Shown: piece by piece, positions 10,020-22,000 of the stretch
Position numbering within the stretch: position 1 is the stretch's first letter
Layout of the letters: every line of letters begins with the position of its first letter
Assembly: GCA_013239625.1 (NCBI GenBank)
Contig: MU056134.1
Coordinates: 3,422,477-3,486,476, forward strand
DNA from: Lama guanicoe
Lineage: Eukaryota
Direction: 5' to 3'
DNA length: 64,000 nucleotides
Translations under genes and position numbers: made by a program
Notes under the pieces: model-generated
Seen by the model: only the letters and a program-made list of their open reading frames with translations
What the model was told of the DNA's origin: nothing
Databases searched by the model: none

Positions 10020-13000
10020 CTGTGGGAGACACGGGACACTGAGCCTGGGGCCCTCGCCCTGGAGGCCCTCCTCTGAGGAGAAATGGTCTTGGCGATGGGT
10101 TCTGTGTTGCTCCCCTCCCCCTCAGGCTGCCTGCTTCTAGCCCAGGGTGGCTGCCCATTTGCAGCAGTAGAGGGCGCTGCAGGGTAGTGGGTGGGGTGCC
10201 TGAGGCCACTTCCCCAACCTCAGTCATAAACTTCCAACCGGCTCCAGAGGTTGGCTTTGGCTAGGCAGCCCTGTTTTAGGTTGGACCCTCTCCTGGGTCT
10301 TGCAGGGCTCCCAGGGAAGCTTCCTGACCTCGGAAGCAGTCCTAGAGTTTCCGAGCATGAGGACAAGGCCCCAGATTTTTCCAATACCGCTGAGCTTGCT
10401 TTCTGGGGTCCAGGCACTCCCAGGATTGCAGCCAGCACCCAGGGCAGACAATCTCTGGGTCCCTGGTCTAGGCTCATACTTCTTGGTTTGGTCTTGGAGG
10501 GGCGGACTTTCCAGGGCCCTGCCTCCCTGGTGACATCCTACACACCATCCACCCAGCTGCTCAGGAGGGGAGAGGTGTTGGACTCCAAACTGTTTTCTCT
10601 CCACCCCTCGGGGGCTGGTCTCTCCCCTCAGCCTGCCACAGGCCCGGGCAGCGCCGGAGGTACCTGTGCCATGACATCATGAGACCAGATGTCGGCAGCT
10701 GATGTGAGGTGCGCTTTGCTCTCCACTTCTGAGGGTCTCAGTAACGTGGGGCCAAACACGGTAGCCAGGTTGTGAAGGGACATTTTGTTGATGGGTTCTT
10801 TCTCAGCAACCCTGAAAGGGAGGGAGAAAGAAGTCATTTCTGGCAGCCACTCGGGGCTCCAGACCATTGGCTGTTAACAGCTCCTGGAAAGATTCCCAGA
10901 GGTGGTCACCAGCCTCCGTCTTCTAAGGGGAGAGACCGCTTGGTAGGGAGCGGACTAAGCCAAGGGACCAAGTTCCCAGCTATGTCCCAGTACCTTCCAA
11001 CAACAGATTCCCAGCCCCTGGGCCACCCTCTGAACTGATGGTAAACTGTCAGAGCCAGAAGGACCCACTCCAATTCCCTTGCCTTAGAATTGATATTACT
11101 GGTCCAGGAACTTCCCCTATAATAATTCACGCTCATCATAAGCCTTTGGGTAGCTATATTATCATCTCCCCTGTATAGATGAAGGAAGGAAAGTACAACG
11201 AGGTTAAGTGACTTGCCCAAAGTCACCCAGCTAGCAAGTGGTAGAGCTGGGGTCTGAACCAGGCAGCGGCCTCCAGAGCCCGAGCTCTTCACCACCCTGG
11301 GCATTGCCCCAGGTCAGCCCAGCTGGGGAGGGGCCTGGAGGGACAGTCAGAATGGGCAGGGCGGGGCAGGGGCCCCTAGTCAGCAGTGGCTGACTAGGCC
11401 TGAGGCCCTGCCTGCTGTGCTGTGGCAGAACATCCCTAATCCCAGATGGAGCCCAGGGGCTGTTCTCCCGCACCTTTCCAGAAGGGTCTGCCTCATGGGA
11501 CCCCAGAGCTTCCTCCCTTTGGGTCTTCCTCTGCTTCTCTTGCACAATAGGCCAGATGCTCTGTAGATATTTCTCCTGAGTGACAGTAGGGGCTACCATC
11601 TGTGGCTGGTGTCCAGGCAGGCTCAGTGCCACCCAACATATCAGAGAGGCCCTGGGCCTCCCCTAGTCCAAGGCAATGTTCCTGGGTGAGACCTGACTGC
11701 CCCATGCAGCACCTCTCACCCGACTCCCGCTCCACCAGTGTTCCACCCTCCAGGCAGGAGCCATGGACGTGCCTGCTGGCTGCTTTGGAAACGGGCAAAC
11801 ACTGCCATGCCAGGAGGCAGCTGTGCAGCTGGCCCGGCCCCTCACCACACACACAAATACACACATACACACACACACACATGCCCCGGCCAGGGGCCCA
11901 GATGTGGGAACAGACTGTGCCCGATTCCCAGGGTGGAAAACCTAATGAATTTTCCCTTCCCACTCCTCTGTGTGTCCTCCCCACAGCACTCGCCAAACTA
12001 TTTGGGAACTGGTTGGGACTTCGGTCCTGGCCAAACCAGAGGGAAAATGTCTCATAATGGGAAAAACAAGACAGCAGCCCAGGCGTTCCCAGGTCCCGCA
12101 GGCCCCCCGAGCCTGGCCTGGTGTGGCTCAGCCACTGCCGGGTGCCTGGGCTTGAGGGCTCGTGGCCCCTCTCCGCCGGCTCCCCAGTCCTGGGTGACAA
12201 GTGGATTTAAGGGGCGCCCGGGGACTTTTCCTCCCCACTTACACCTGGGACTGGTCTGGGCTCAAAAGTGAGTGACAAGGTCACTGTCAGGGCTGGCGTC
12301 AGTTCAGAACTTTGCTGCAGGCGTCAACTTTAGCAGCTCTTAGTCTGACCGGGCTACAGAAGGGGCGGGAGAAGGCGGGAAGGGCCATAGTTTAGGATTT
12401 GGGAGATGTGGATCCTCAGGACAGAGCTGCTGCTAACCCCAAGTAAGTCCCTGTTAGGCTAGGGACTTGGATTCCCTGTCTATTAGATGAGGTGTGGGTC
12501 AACACCAGCAGGCTTCAAAGTTTTTGGACTGTGACCCATAGTAACACACGTTTTACATGATCATCCAGTACACGCAGCATACATACCGAACAGAATGTGC
12601 ACACCCACTGCTCACAGTGCACCCTGATGCTGTCTCTTCTGTTCCATTTAAAAAACACCAAGTGGACTGAATGAGCCTCTCACTGTAAAATTCACCCATA
12701 GTCCTTGGCTCTAGCCCTACTTTCTGAGCAGTCTGGCCAATATTTGAGGTTGCCATTAGGATGCAAATATTTCTCAGAACAGGAGAATTTGAATGCAAGA
12801 TTTTGACGAGCAAACTCTCACCCTGCTTTGGTGGCCCAGCAGAGACCAGCACCCATGAGGAAGTGCCAAGGACATGGGTCCCCCAGCAGATGTGTCCTCC
12901 CCAGCTGGAGCCTCCCATGGTGCCCCGCCCTCTTCCCCCGGACTTGNNNNNNNNNNNNNNNNNNNNNNNNNNNNNNNNNNNNNNNNNNNNNNNNNNNNNN

Positions 13001-16000
13001 NNNNNNNNNNNNNNNNNNNNNNNNNNNNNNNNNNNNNNNNNNNNNNNNNNNNNNNNNNNNNNNNNNNNNNNNNNNNNNNNNNNNNNGCTAGGGCGGGGCT
13101 CGGCTCCCAGGTGGGGAGGCTCTGGCCAGCGCCCTGTGGTCAGGAGGCTGCAGGACCCTGAGGGAGAGGCTGCAGGGGGTCAGGGGAGCAGACCCTGCAG
13201 GGAAGGGCCTGGTATTTTCCCAAGGATGGACTATTAGTAGGTTCCTAAAGGAGGCCCCACTCACAACCTGTAACTCAGCCAGGAGGCTGGCTAGTGGGGA
13301 GCAGACACCTTTCCTCCCCTCACTGCAGGGGTCTTTGGGGTTGGAGCCATTTCCCATCCCTGGTCTTGTAAGGCTGAGTTTAACACAATGATGCCATCAG
13401 TGCAAATATTCTCTCTTTTTTAAGCACCTCTGTTGCCAGAGCCTGACAGTGAGCAGCCTTCCATGGGCTCCTCATTTCCTGTAGTGACTGAAGCCCTGAC
13501 CTGCCCCAGGAGAAGATGAGGGATGCGCCCAGGCCTGGATTTGGCCCAGGTGATGGAGGCCAGAGCCCTGCCGGCCAGGGCCCTCAGCTTCCTCCCCACC
13601 CTGGGCACAGGAGAGATGAGACAACACTCCTTCTGGAAGTCTAGGGAGCAGCTGTGTCAAGCGCGCTCCAGCCCTAACCAGGCTTCTCCTTGGCCCCGGG
13701 GCACCAGCCCCTGACCACCCACCTCAAGGAAGATTTCCCTGGATCCTGGGTTTCTAAGCAAGGAGGTCAGTGTCCAAGGAGGAGGCACAGAGGGCAGCCC
13801 ATAGGGACAAGAGGGGAGAGAGGCTCTAGCCTCCGGATCAGGCCCCCACAGGCCACACCTCACCCTCCAGGCCACTCAGCCACGTGACTGCAGTGCACTG
13901 GGCACATCAACAAGCAGGGGAAGCCACAGATCTCCTCTCTTGCTCTTTACTCTGCTGGTCAGGGAGACCTAGCCCTCAGGTCCACCGGGGCCTCACCGAT
14001 GCCCTCCATGAAGGCTGGGTAAAGTCGGTCTGTGAGGAGGGGCTCGGGCAGCTCCCGGAAGTAGAGCTTGAGGGTGCCAGCAATGGCGTTGATGTCCATG
14101 TCACTCAGCATCAGCAGGATGTCCTTGTTATCTGTAGGGGAGGCGGGAGGTCAGGGGTGGCGGGTGCCTCAGCCACCTCCCTCCCCAACATAGCCCTCCA
14201 CTGGGCAGGTAGCCCTTTTTGTCCCCTATCCATCTTAAGACAGCCTGCCTGGGGTACCCTCCTACTCGTCTCTGGTCTGGTCTCCCCAGGAAAGGCAGGA
14301 GGATGTAGGGAGTGCCTGCAGGTGGTGTGTGACTCTAGTCCGCGGGGGTGGGAGGGGGCAGCATAGTTCATCATCCAGAGTCCTGAAGCCACGTTCCTAC
14401 CACATGTCACACGCCCTCCTTCCAACTGGAATCTCCCTGCTTTTGAGCCCCTCCTGGGAAGGCACTGCATATTTTTTGTAGCTAAAATCATGTTCTGACA
14501 AAGCCTCAGCTTCCAGGTGATGCAGAGGAGCCATGTGCCAGCATGTCCCCAGCTCCCTACCCCGGGCTCCCCAGACAAGTCTGCTTGACAGCTTTCCAGG
14601 GACACCCACTGGGCCCCCTCTCATTTCCCACAGAATCAGCACTGCCCAGCCAGTTCGCACGTCCTGACTACTGGGGGTGCTGCGGCTGCAGCCTGACCAG
14701 CGGGATAGGGCAGGGGTGGGGAGAACCAGAAAGGTCAGGCCCCACCACCAAGGAGTTTTCAGTCAAAGTGAGAGGCAGCAATGCCCCCCCCCAGAGGGCA
14801 CCCAGGACCCTGGAGAAGGTGGGGCGCCCAAGCCAGCCAGCCCGGGCTCAGAGCCCTTTGGTTTTGGTACAGCCTGCCAGGCACTGGGGACCTAGCAAGA
14901 AAGCCAGGAACAGACTCTTGAGTCAGAAAGATCTGAGTTTAAATCAGGCTCAAAGCTTATAAGCTGGGTATCCTAGACCAGTGACTTGACCCCTGTGAGG
15001 CTCAGGTTTCTTATCTGTAGCAATGGATGAGAGATTGGAGGGGAGGGGATGACATGAGAAGATGCAGGAAGAGGCCTCACCCAGGGACTCGGAAATGGTT
15101 CAGCCCACGCCACGCTGGACTGCAGTTCGCAGACCAAGGCCCCTCTGCCAGCAGCTAGTTTGGACTCTCCACGGGGAAGCCTCCTACTTCCACTGTGCGC
15201 CCTCCCAGCCCTCCGAACTTGCTAGAGCATCCTCTCCCCGCCGCTGCCCGACTGGGCCTCCCAGACTCACTGGCATCAAAGACGGCCTTCAGCGCCTGGA
15301 TGTCTGTGGCCACCCCTGATATCCGGTAGATGCCGACCTCCTCGATGCCCCGCTTCTCCACCTCCTCCACACACTGCCGGACGATGTAGGGCACCTTGGA
15401 GCGCTCCCGCCTGGCAGGGAGGAGATGTGAGGGGCGGGAGGGTGGACGGAGGCCCCCAGTGATACTATATGTAGCCCCTCTCCGCAAACCTTGGCATCAG
15501 AGAGCTCTGGCCTCTGGGATCGAGGGGAGGCGGTGGCAGGAAAGGGCTAAGAAAGAGGCCATTGCCACCCCCACCTCCCACCCCCACAGCTTGCCCAAGG
15601 CTTGCGTGCTGAGGGACAGCAGGGGACAAAGGTGGGAGAAAGTTTTAGGAGATCAACCCAAAGACTGAAGAAAGAGTGTTCCTCAGATCAGAAGTCCCAG
15701 ATTCAAATGCTACAGGGGACCCAGCAGGTCACCTACAGAGGGGGGTGGGCTGGGTCCTGGAGACAAGGGGAGGAGAGCTGAAGGATGCCCTTTCCCAGGG
15801 GAAAGCCACCTCTTAGACTCCAGCCTGCCGCTGCCAAGCCAAGATGCAGGCCTACCTTGTCATACCTTCCCACTTACTATAAGAAGCTGACAATCGGGGA
15901 TTTTCACATGCCTTCTCCCAACAATTAAATGCCGGCTCATTTATTTCTAAGGCATTGTGTGAGGCAGAGAACACACCTCAGTGGGCCACTTTTGCCCTCC

Positions 16001-19000
16001 AAACTGGCTATTGTGACTACTGAGCTGGAGGGTGATTGATGAGGGACCAGACACGGGCAGGGGAGCCTGGATGGCGAGGCTGGCAGGGACCCCGGGCGCA
16101 GCACCTACTTGGTCACCACGCTGATCTTCACCCCGAAGACGCCGGTCTGCTTTTTGGACGGAGTCCTCTTCAGGCTCATGTCTCGGCTGGTGAATTTCAT
16201 GGAGAATTCCACTTTGATCTGTTTGGGGGCGAGGCAATCACAATCTCTCAGGACATGAGTGCCCCCCAAACACAGGGGCCCCCAGGATTGCAAACAAGGG
16301 CTGCCTCTGCCACCTGGGGCTCCCTGAAACACCTGCAGGGTGGGGGCAGGAAGGTGGGCAGAGGAGAGGGGAAAGGGGCTGGGCTAAGGGGGCAGGGATG
16401 GGACAGCTCCCCGAGGGTGCCAGCCATGGGTCGGGCTGCCCACCCACTGTGCAGACCCTTCCAGTCTCTCCGGGCTCACCCCATTCATCTCAATCACATC
16501 CGTGTGCCAGTTCTTGGTTTCAACAGTTTGTGGATCCAACTGCAGAGAAAGAAAGAAAAAGAATGTGAGTGAGAGAGAGATGACAGCTCAGAGACCAAGC
16601 CAGAGCTCTCCCTGCTGATTGGCAGCTGCCTGGAAGTTGGTAAAAGGTCAGGAAGGCAGAACTGGGGGCTGATGCTTAGCTTGACATCAGCCCTTCATGG
16701 GGCTCCAGCCCCTCGGCCCTTCCTGCCTGGCCAAATGAAGGACTCCCCCTCAGTTCTGGGAAGAAGGTGGGTGCATTCTTAGGCACATTCGCCCACCACA
16801 TCTCACTCACTCCTGACCCCACCCTGTGAGATGGGTATTATCATCCCATTTTATAGATGCAGAAACAGGCTCACAAAGCATAAGCAACTTGCTCAACTGC
16901 CAGAATTGGAGTTGACGGGAGGGGATGTAGCCCATGCACATGGTGCTGAACGGGAGGGGCTGCCACATAGACATAAACTGAATCCCAGTTCTGCCACTGG
17001 TGACCTTGGGAAGGTTTAAGCTCACCAAACCTCATTTGTTTTACTCGTTCACTGCAGCCAGTAATAGAACCTGCCTTGCTGGATTGTTGTGAAGACTCAG
17101 TGAGATAACCTGGGGTAAGTGGTTGGTTTCCCAGGAAGCAAACACTCTGTAGAGTGAGGAGGCCCCCAAACTGGGCAGGAACCCCAGGCGGGTGGGGACG
17201 ACAGGGGAGGTCCAGGGGCATCCCTCACAGGCGACCAACCAAGGACTCCATTCCTCTGACTCAGTGGCCTTCAAACTGTTTTCCTGTGTGCATCCAAAAA
17301 GTCACTTTGAAAAACAATGCACACCCTGGCACATTTTAAAGTCAACACCTGAATATTTCCAAAGTAAGTTTAAATAGCTGCAAAGACTATAATGTTCAGA
17401 ATAATGTAAATATTTACATCTTAAAATAAAACTGTTACATCATTCTTTTAAATGTATTCCATAGAATCCAAATACCATAGTGATTTGATACCCGCCATCA
17501 TCCATTTAAAAAACACATAAGCAAGTTCTCCTTTCGCTTGTAGAAACCCAGCAACATTTCTTTTTCTCCTTGAATTTGTGTTTCTAGTCTATTTCTCCCA
17601 AAGAATTATGTCCTAGTTTGTATTTTTCTTTTTAAAAGTCTTTTATTCCTCACCCTATTATATTTTGCTTCAACAAAAATGTCTGTATAAATGGAAATGA
17701 AAATTTTCCTGAGACCACAAGACTCCAAATGTTCAAAGCATATCCTGGATTAGTTATTACAATGATTAACAGTACACAATCAAAAAGGTAACCAACACAT
17801 TACAAACTTTAATAAATATTCAGCAGCAAAGAACCATTTTGGTGGAACTGCATCTCTTAATGAGGCAGGTAGAACATTTTTTTTCTGTATATATATATAT
17901 ATATGAATATTATTTTTTGCTAGGGTGAAATGCGTTTTAGCATCATTACTGTTCTCTTTGGTTTGGTTTTTAAAGATGTAAAGGATGAAACATCTTGTTC
18001 ACATAACTAAGTACATGGGGCTGAAAATAGTTTTATTATAGCAATGTTTGCAATCCTTTAACCTCTTTCTTCATTATTTGCCTTAAAGTACATATATACC
18101 TATTATCAATATTTATTTGAAATGATCTCTCAGCTGAGTGTCCATCACTTTTGTGGACAGAAAGAACCAGAAACCATGTGACTTGTGAAATGATCTGTAA
18201 CCCAGCCATTAGTCTTCTACTTTCTCAACTCCTGCACCAGCATTTCAAGCAGCCCCTTCGCCTGCCACCCAGGAGGTCTGGCACCCTGGGCCGAGCCCCC
18301 CCAGCGAGCCGGAGGGAGGGAGAGGTGATGGTGCAAAGCCCTTCTCTGTTCGATTGCTTTCTCACAATAGCACTTAAAGGAGTTGAGGACCTGCAAACTG
18401 ATTCCCTTAAAACTCCCCTGCCCACGCACCCCTGGACTGTGCACCCCCAGTGCAGAGCACTGCTGCATTAACAGGCCCTCCTCACATTGGAAAGCCGGAC
18501 CTGGGTCAGCTCAGGGGAGCTGGGTCCCAGGGCTTCTTACAGCTCAAGGTAAGTCCTTCCTACACCTTCCATCACCCACACACCAGCTGAGGACAGGGGC
18601 CACCCAAGACTCTGATGGGGTCTGGGGCCCGCATCTGGGCCCCAGCCCAGCCTTGAACAGTCAGTTCCCTGCTCGGAGGAGGGATGAGAACAGGACAAAG
18701 GGGGAGCAGTGTGGAGAGGACCAAGCACCCCTCGCCACTACCTCCTCATAAGAGGGAAGTGTGTGGGACTCCCCGGCCTGCTGCCCGGGCTCTCTATTCC
18801 AAAGGACTCAGGACCAACTCCTCCTGGGTCACTCAGACCTTCCTCCCCTAAACTTTCTGTCCCAACCCTCACCGGGCCCATAGCACAGACTGCCCCTTAC
18901 AGGTCCTTCATCCCCTCCAGAATGCTGGGTCTTGGACACAGGGCCTGGGTCTGTCCCCAGCCCTATCTGCAGCAGTGGCCACCTGGAGCAGAGATGGCCA

Positions 19001-22000
19001 TTGCTCCTTGTGGCCTGAGGCAGATGCTACCCTTGGGACACATTCTGGAGGGACCACCCCTTTTAATGTGGGTCTCTCCAGGCATCAGCATAAGCCTCAG
19101 GCCATCCGTGGTTCTGGCCCCCAGTGCACCTCCTCCTGCCTAGCCTCCCATGACCTGGCACCTCCTGGCAGCTGTCATGGACTGAGCCGGTGGTCCCACC
19201 CTGGGTCCTGGAGTGGCACGTGGATGTAGCCTGAGTGGGGAAAGGGCAGGGATTGAAAGACCAACCTGGGTCCAAATGTTCACTCTTCCACTCAACTGTG
19301 TGAATCTGGGCAAGTCACTTACCCTCCTGGAACCTCAATTTCCTCACAGGGGTGTCCATGCCTGCCTCAGAGCGTTGTCATAGAAAACAGTAACAGCGAC
19401 TGATGCGCTGGGAGCACTTCCTGCAAGTCTAGTGCTGTGACAAACCCCATACAGACAGCATCTCAATAATCATCACAAATCTGTGAGGTTTAAGCCTTTC
19501 TAGCTGCTCCCATTTCTACAGACAAGGACACCGAGGCACCAAGAGGATCAGGAGTTTGCCCAGGACCACACATCTAGGAAGGGAGAGCAGGAGCTCAAAA
19601 TCAAGTCTCCCTGCTCACCTCTGCTAAACCTGCACGATCCCGTGCACAGCACCTGGCTTGGCGCCCACGCTTCTTGGCCACAGGTCAGCTGCTGTGACCA
19701 TTATTTATCTAGAGAGGAGGCATGAGGCCTCCACAGTCTGGCACCGCCAGCTGACCTGCGTGCTGGCAGGCCGCCTCCAGTACAACTCTTCCATTCCTTC
19801 TCTCCCCATCGCTTCTGTACTAGCTGCCAAGTAGCAACCCTACTTTTCCTGGGAGCATCTGAGAGGGCCTTAGCAGGCCCAGTCTCAGCACTGCTTCCTC
19901 CAGAAAGGCTTCCTGGATAACTCCCGACCTCAGGGATCTTCAGTTCCCCTCCACCTTCCTGTTGCACCAGGATCCTTTTTCCCTGCACCGTTTATTGTTT
20001 CGGTCTGTCCGAGACCAGGTCTGGGTCAGGTGGCACTGTCCTGTTTTACTGTGAGTCCCACCACGGCCCTACGCCAGATCCCCTCTGCAGGTGCAGCCCT
20101 GGTACCTGCGTGGGGAGGCCTGCCCAGCCCCTTGGCGCCCGACAATGAAGCTCTGTTTCCCAGGAGGCCAGCAGCCTCCAGAAACCAAGTCTATTTCAGG
20201 ACGTCATTTAAATACAGAGAAGGGAGGGTGCAGAGAGGGACATGGCACATTTTCCAGAGAAATGATGCTGTCTGAATTGCTGTGGTTATTTATAACCCCT
20301 GGGAAATGTGGACTTTGCTATTTCCTGATTAGATTAGTGCTGGGGGCGGAGGAGCCAGCCCCCTGGATATCAGTGGACAAGAACACCTGACCACTCACCC
20401 TCTGGGCCCAGCAGAGAGGTGCTGTCCCCCAGCCTGGGGAGCAGGTACATGGGGACCACCAGATCACCTGTAGGGAAGGAGATGATGGGGTTGTGAAGGG
20501 TCAGGCTGGAGAGACTCTGGAGGGCCCCTCCTTCATTGCACAGGTAACAGAAATACAGTGGGGCTCTCTACCAAGGTGGGGCACAGGCAGGAGACAAGCA
20601 GCCCAGAGAACAACCCAGAGAAAGTTATAAACGAGTGGGCCGAACACAGCCACTGGGAGCGGTTCAATTATGTCCGTTTTGCCTTTGCATTTAGACCTGG
20701 TCAGGTCATGGCCGCACATCCAGACCTCTCCCGAGGAGAAACGACTGCTCTGTGGACTGATGTCCACAAGAGAACCACCAGGTTCCCTCCAACACTGGGA
20801 GGAGTCCTGCATCCCAGGGAAAGAGTCCGCAGTGTCTCAGAGAGAATCTGGCAGGTGGCTGGGGAGCCCGCCTCACTTTCTGGGCCTCAGCAGCCTCACA
20901 TTTAGGACAGGAAGTAGGCTTCCCGGCTTTGCGGGGGCTGAGAGGGTGTGAGGACCTGCAGGCAGGGGAGGCTGCTCCAGATGGTGAGTGCTGCCTTGGT
21001 TTTCAGAACATCCTCAGGGGTCCCCTCTGAAAGGTCTAAGCCCTTCCTCTGGCCCTTTCTCACCAGCCTGGGGCAGGGGACCCCAACATTCTCCTCCCCT
21101 CTGGCTCAAGGGCTGTTCATGGCCACCTCCCAGTGCTCGGGATTTAGGAGGCACATGAGAGTTTGGGGGCCCCCTTCCTGCTCCCTCTAGAAGGCAACAG
21201 AGCCCATGTTCAAACCCAGGTCCTTCTGATGGCACAGTCCTCCCACCGCCCGACACCCGCAGCCCACCTGAAAGTCTGCTGATTTCTGCTACTGCACCTT
21301 CCCATGGGCTCCTTTAATTTACAAGGTGGGGGCTGTGGAGGCCCCATCTGTATAGTGGGGATAACCCTTCAGCACCAGCAGCTACAGTCCCAGCGGAGGG
21401 AGGCACAGGCCCAGAGCAGCGGCAGTGTTACTCTGGGATGTGACGCGGGGGCTCAATGGGTGACAGGGACATGAAAACAGTATTCATTCACCAGGGCTCC
21501 CCGGGCCCCCACTTCCCTCTTCACAGCCCCTTGCTGCTGACCCCCTTCCCTTAAAACCTCACAGTGTCATTGCCACAGCACAGGTCCCAAAGCCCTGAGA
21601 AGCCCACATCCCTGGATGCCACCCCTGATCCCAGACCTCCTGGGCCCGGCTCCACCCTCTGTCCTCTGAGCCCAGCGCCTGGCATCCTGGGCCTGTCCTG
21701 GGTGGTGGCATGGACTTCACTCAAAGCCCAGAGTTGTCTTTAGGGCTAATAAAAACTAACTGCAGTAAACAAGCGTAACTGAAGTTGTCACCCTTATTGG
21801 TGAAAAGGACACTGAATAGAAGGCAGGTGTCCGGCTGTGTTTGGGGACCCTGCCAGAGGCTGACTGCTGGGCTGTGGAGACCAGGCCCTGAGCTGGGTGT
21901 CTTGTCTGATGGGGGTACATTTCCTGTGGCTCCCAGGGCGGCGGCCATGGTGGTAGGCCCAGCTGGCCTTCCTCTGCCCTCCGCCAAGTGCATCCACATG

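Noticed and set aside
10164-10179. CTCF-like GCAGTAGAGGGCGCTG in the last ABR intron
   Set aside because: Mismatch at a conserved core C; plausible but not supportable without ChIP data
12947-13086. Apparent ABR exon loss or pseudogenisation
   Set aside because: Missing exons coincide with N runs, and every visible exon is intact with valid splice sites
17262-18130. AT-rich island suggesting a foreign insertion or NUMT
   Set aside because: Explained by a Charlie7-like DNA transposon relic
16800-19620. Inverted MIR pairs as dsRNA or circRNA drivers near exon 17
   Set aside because: Copies are too diverged from each other for stable pairing by eye
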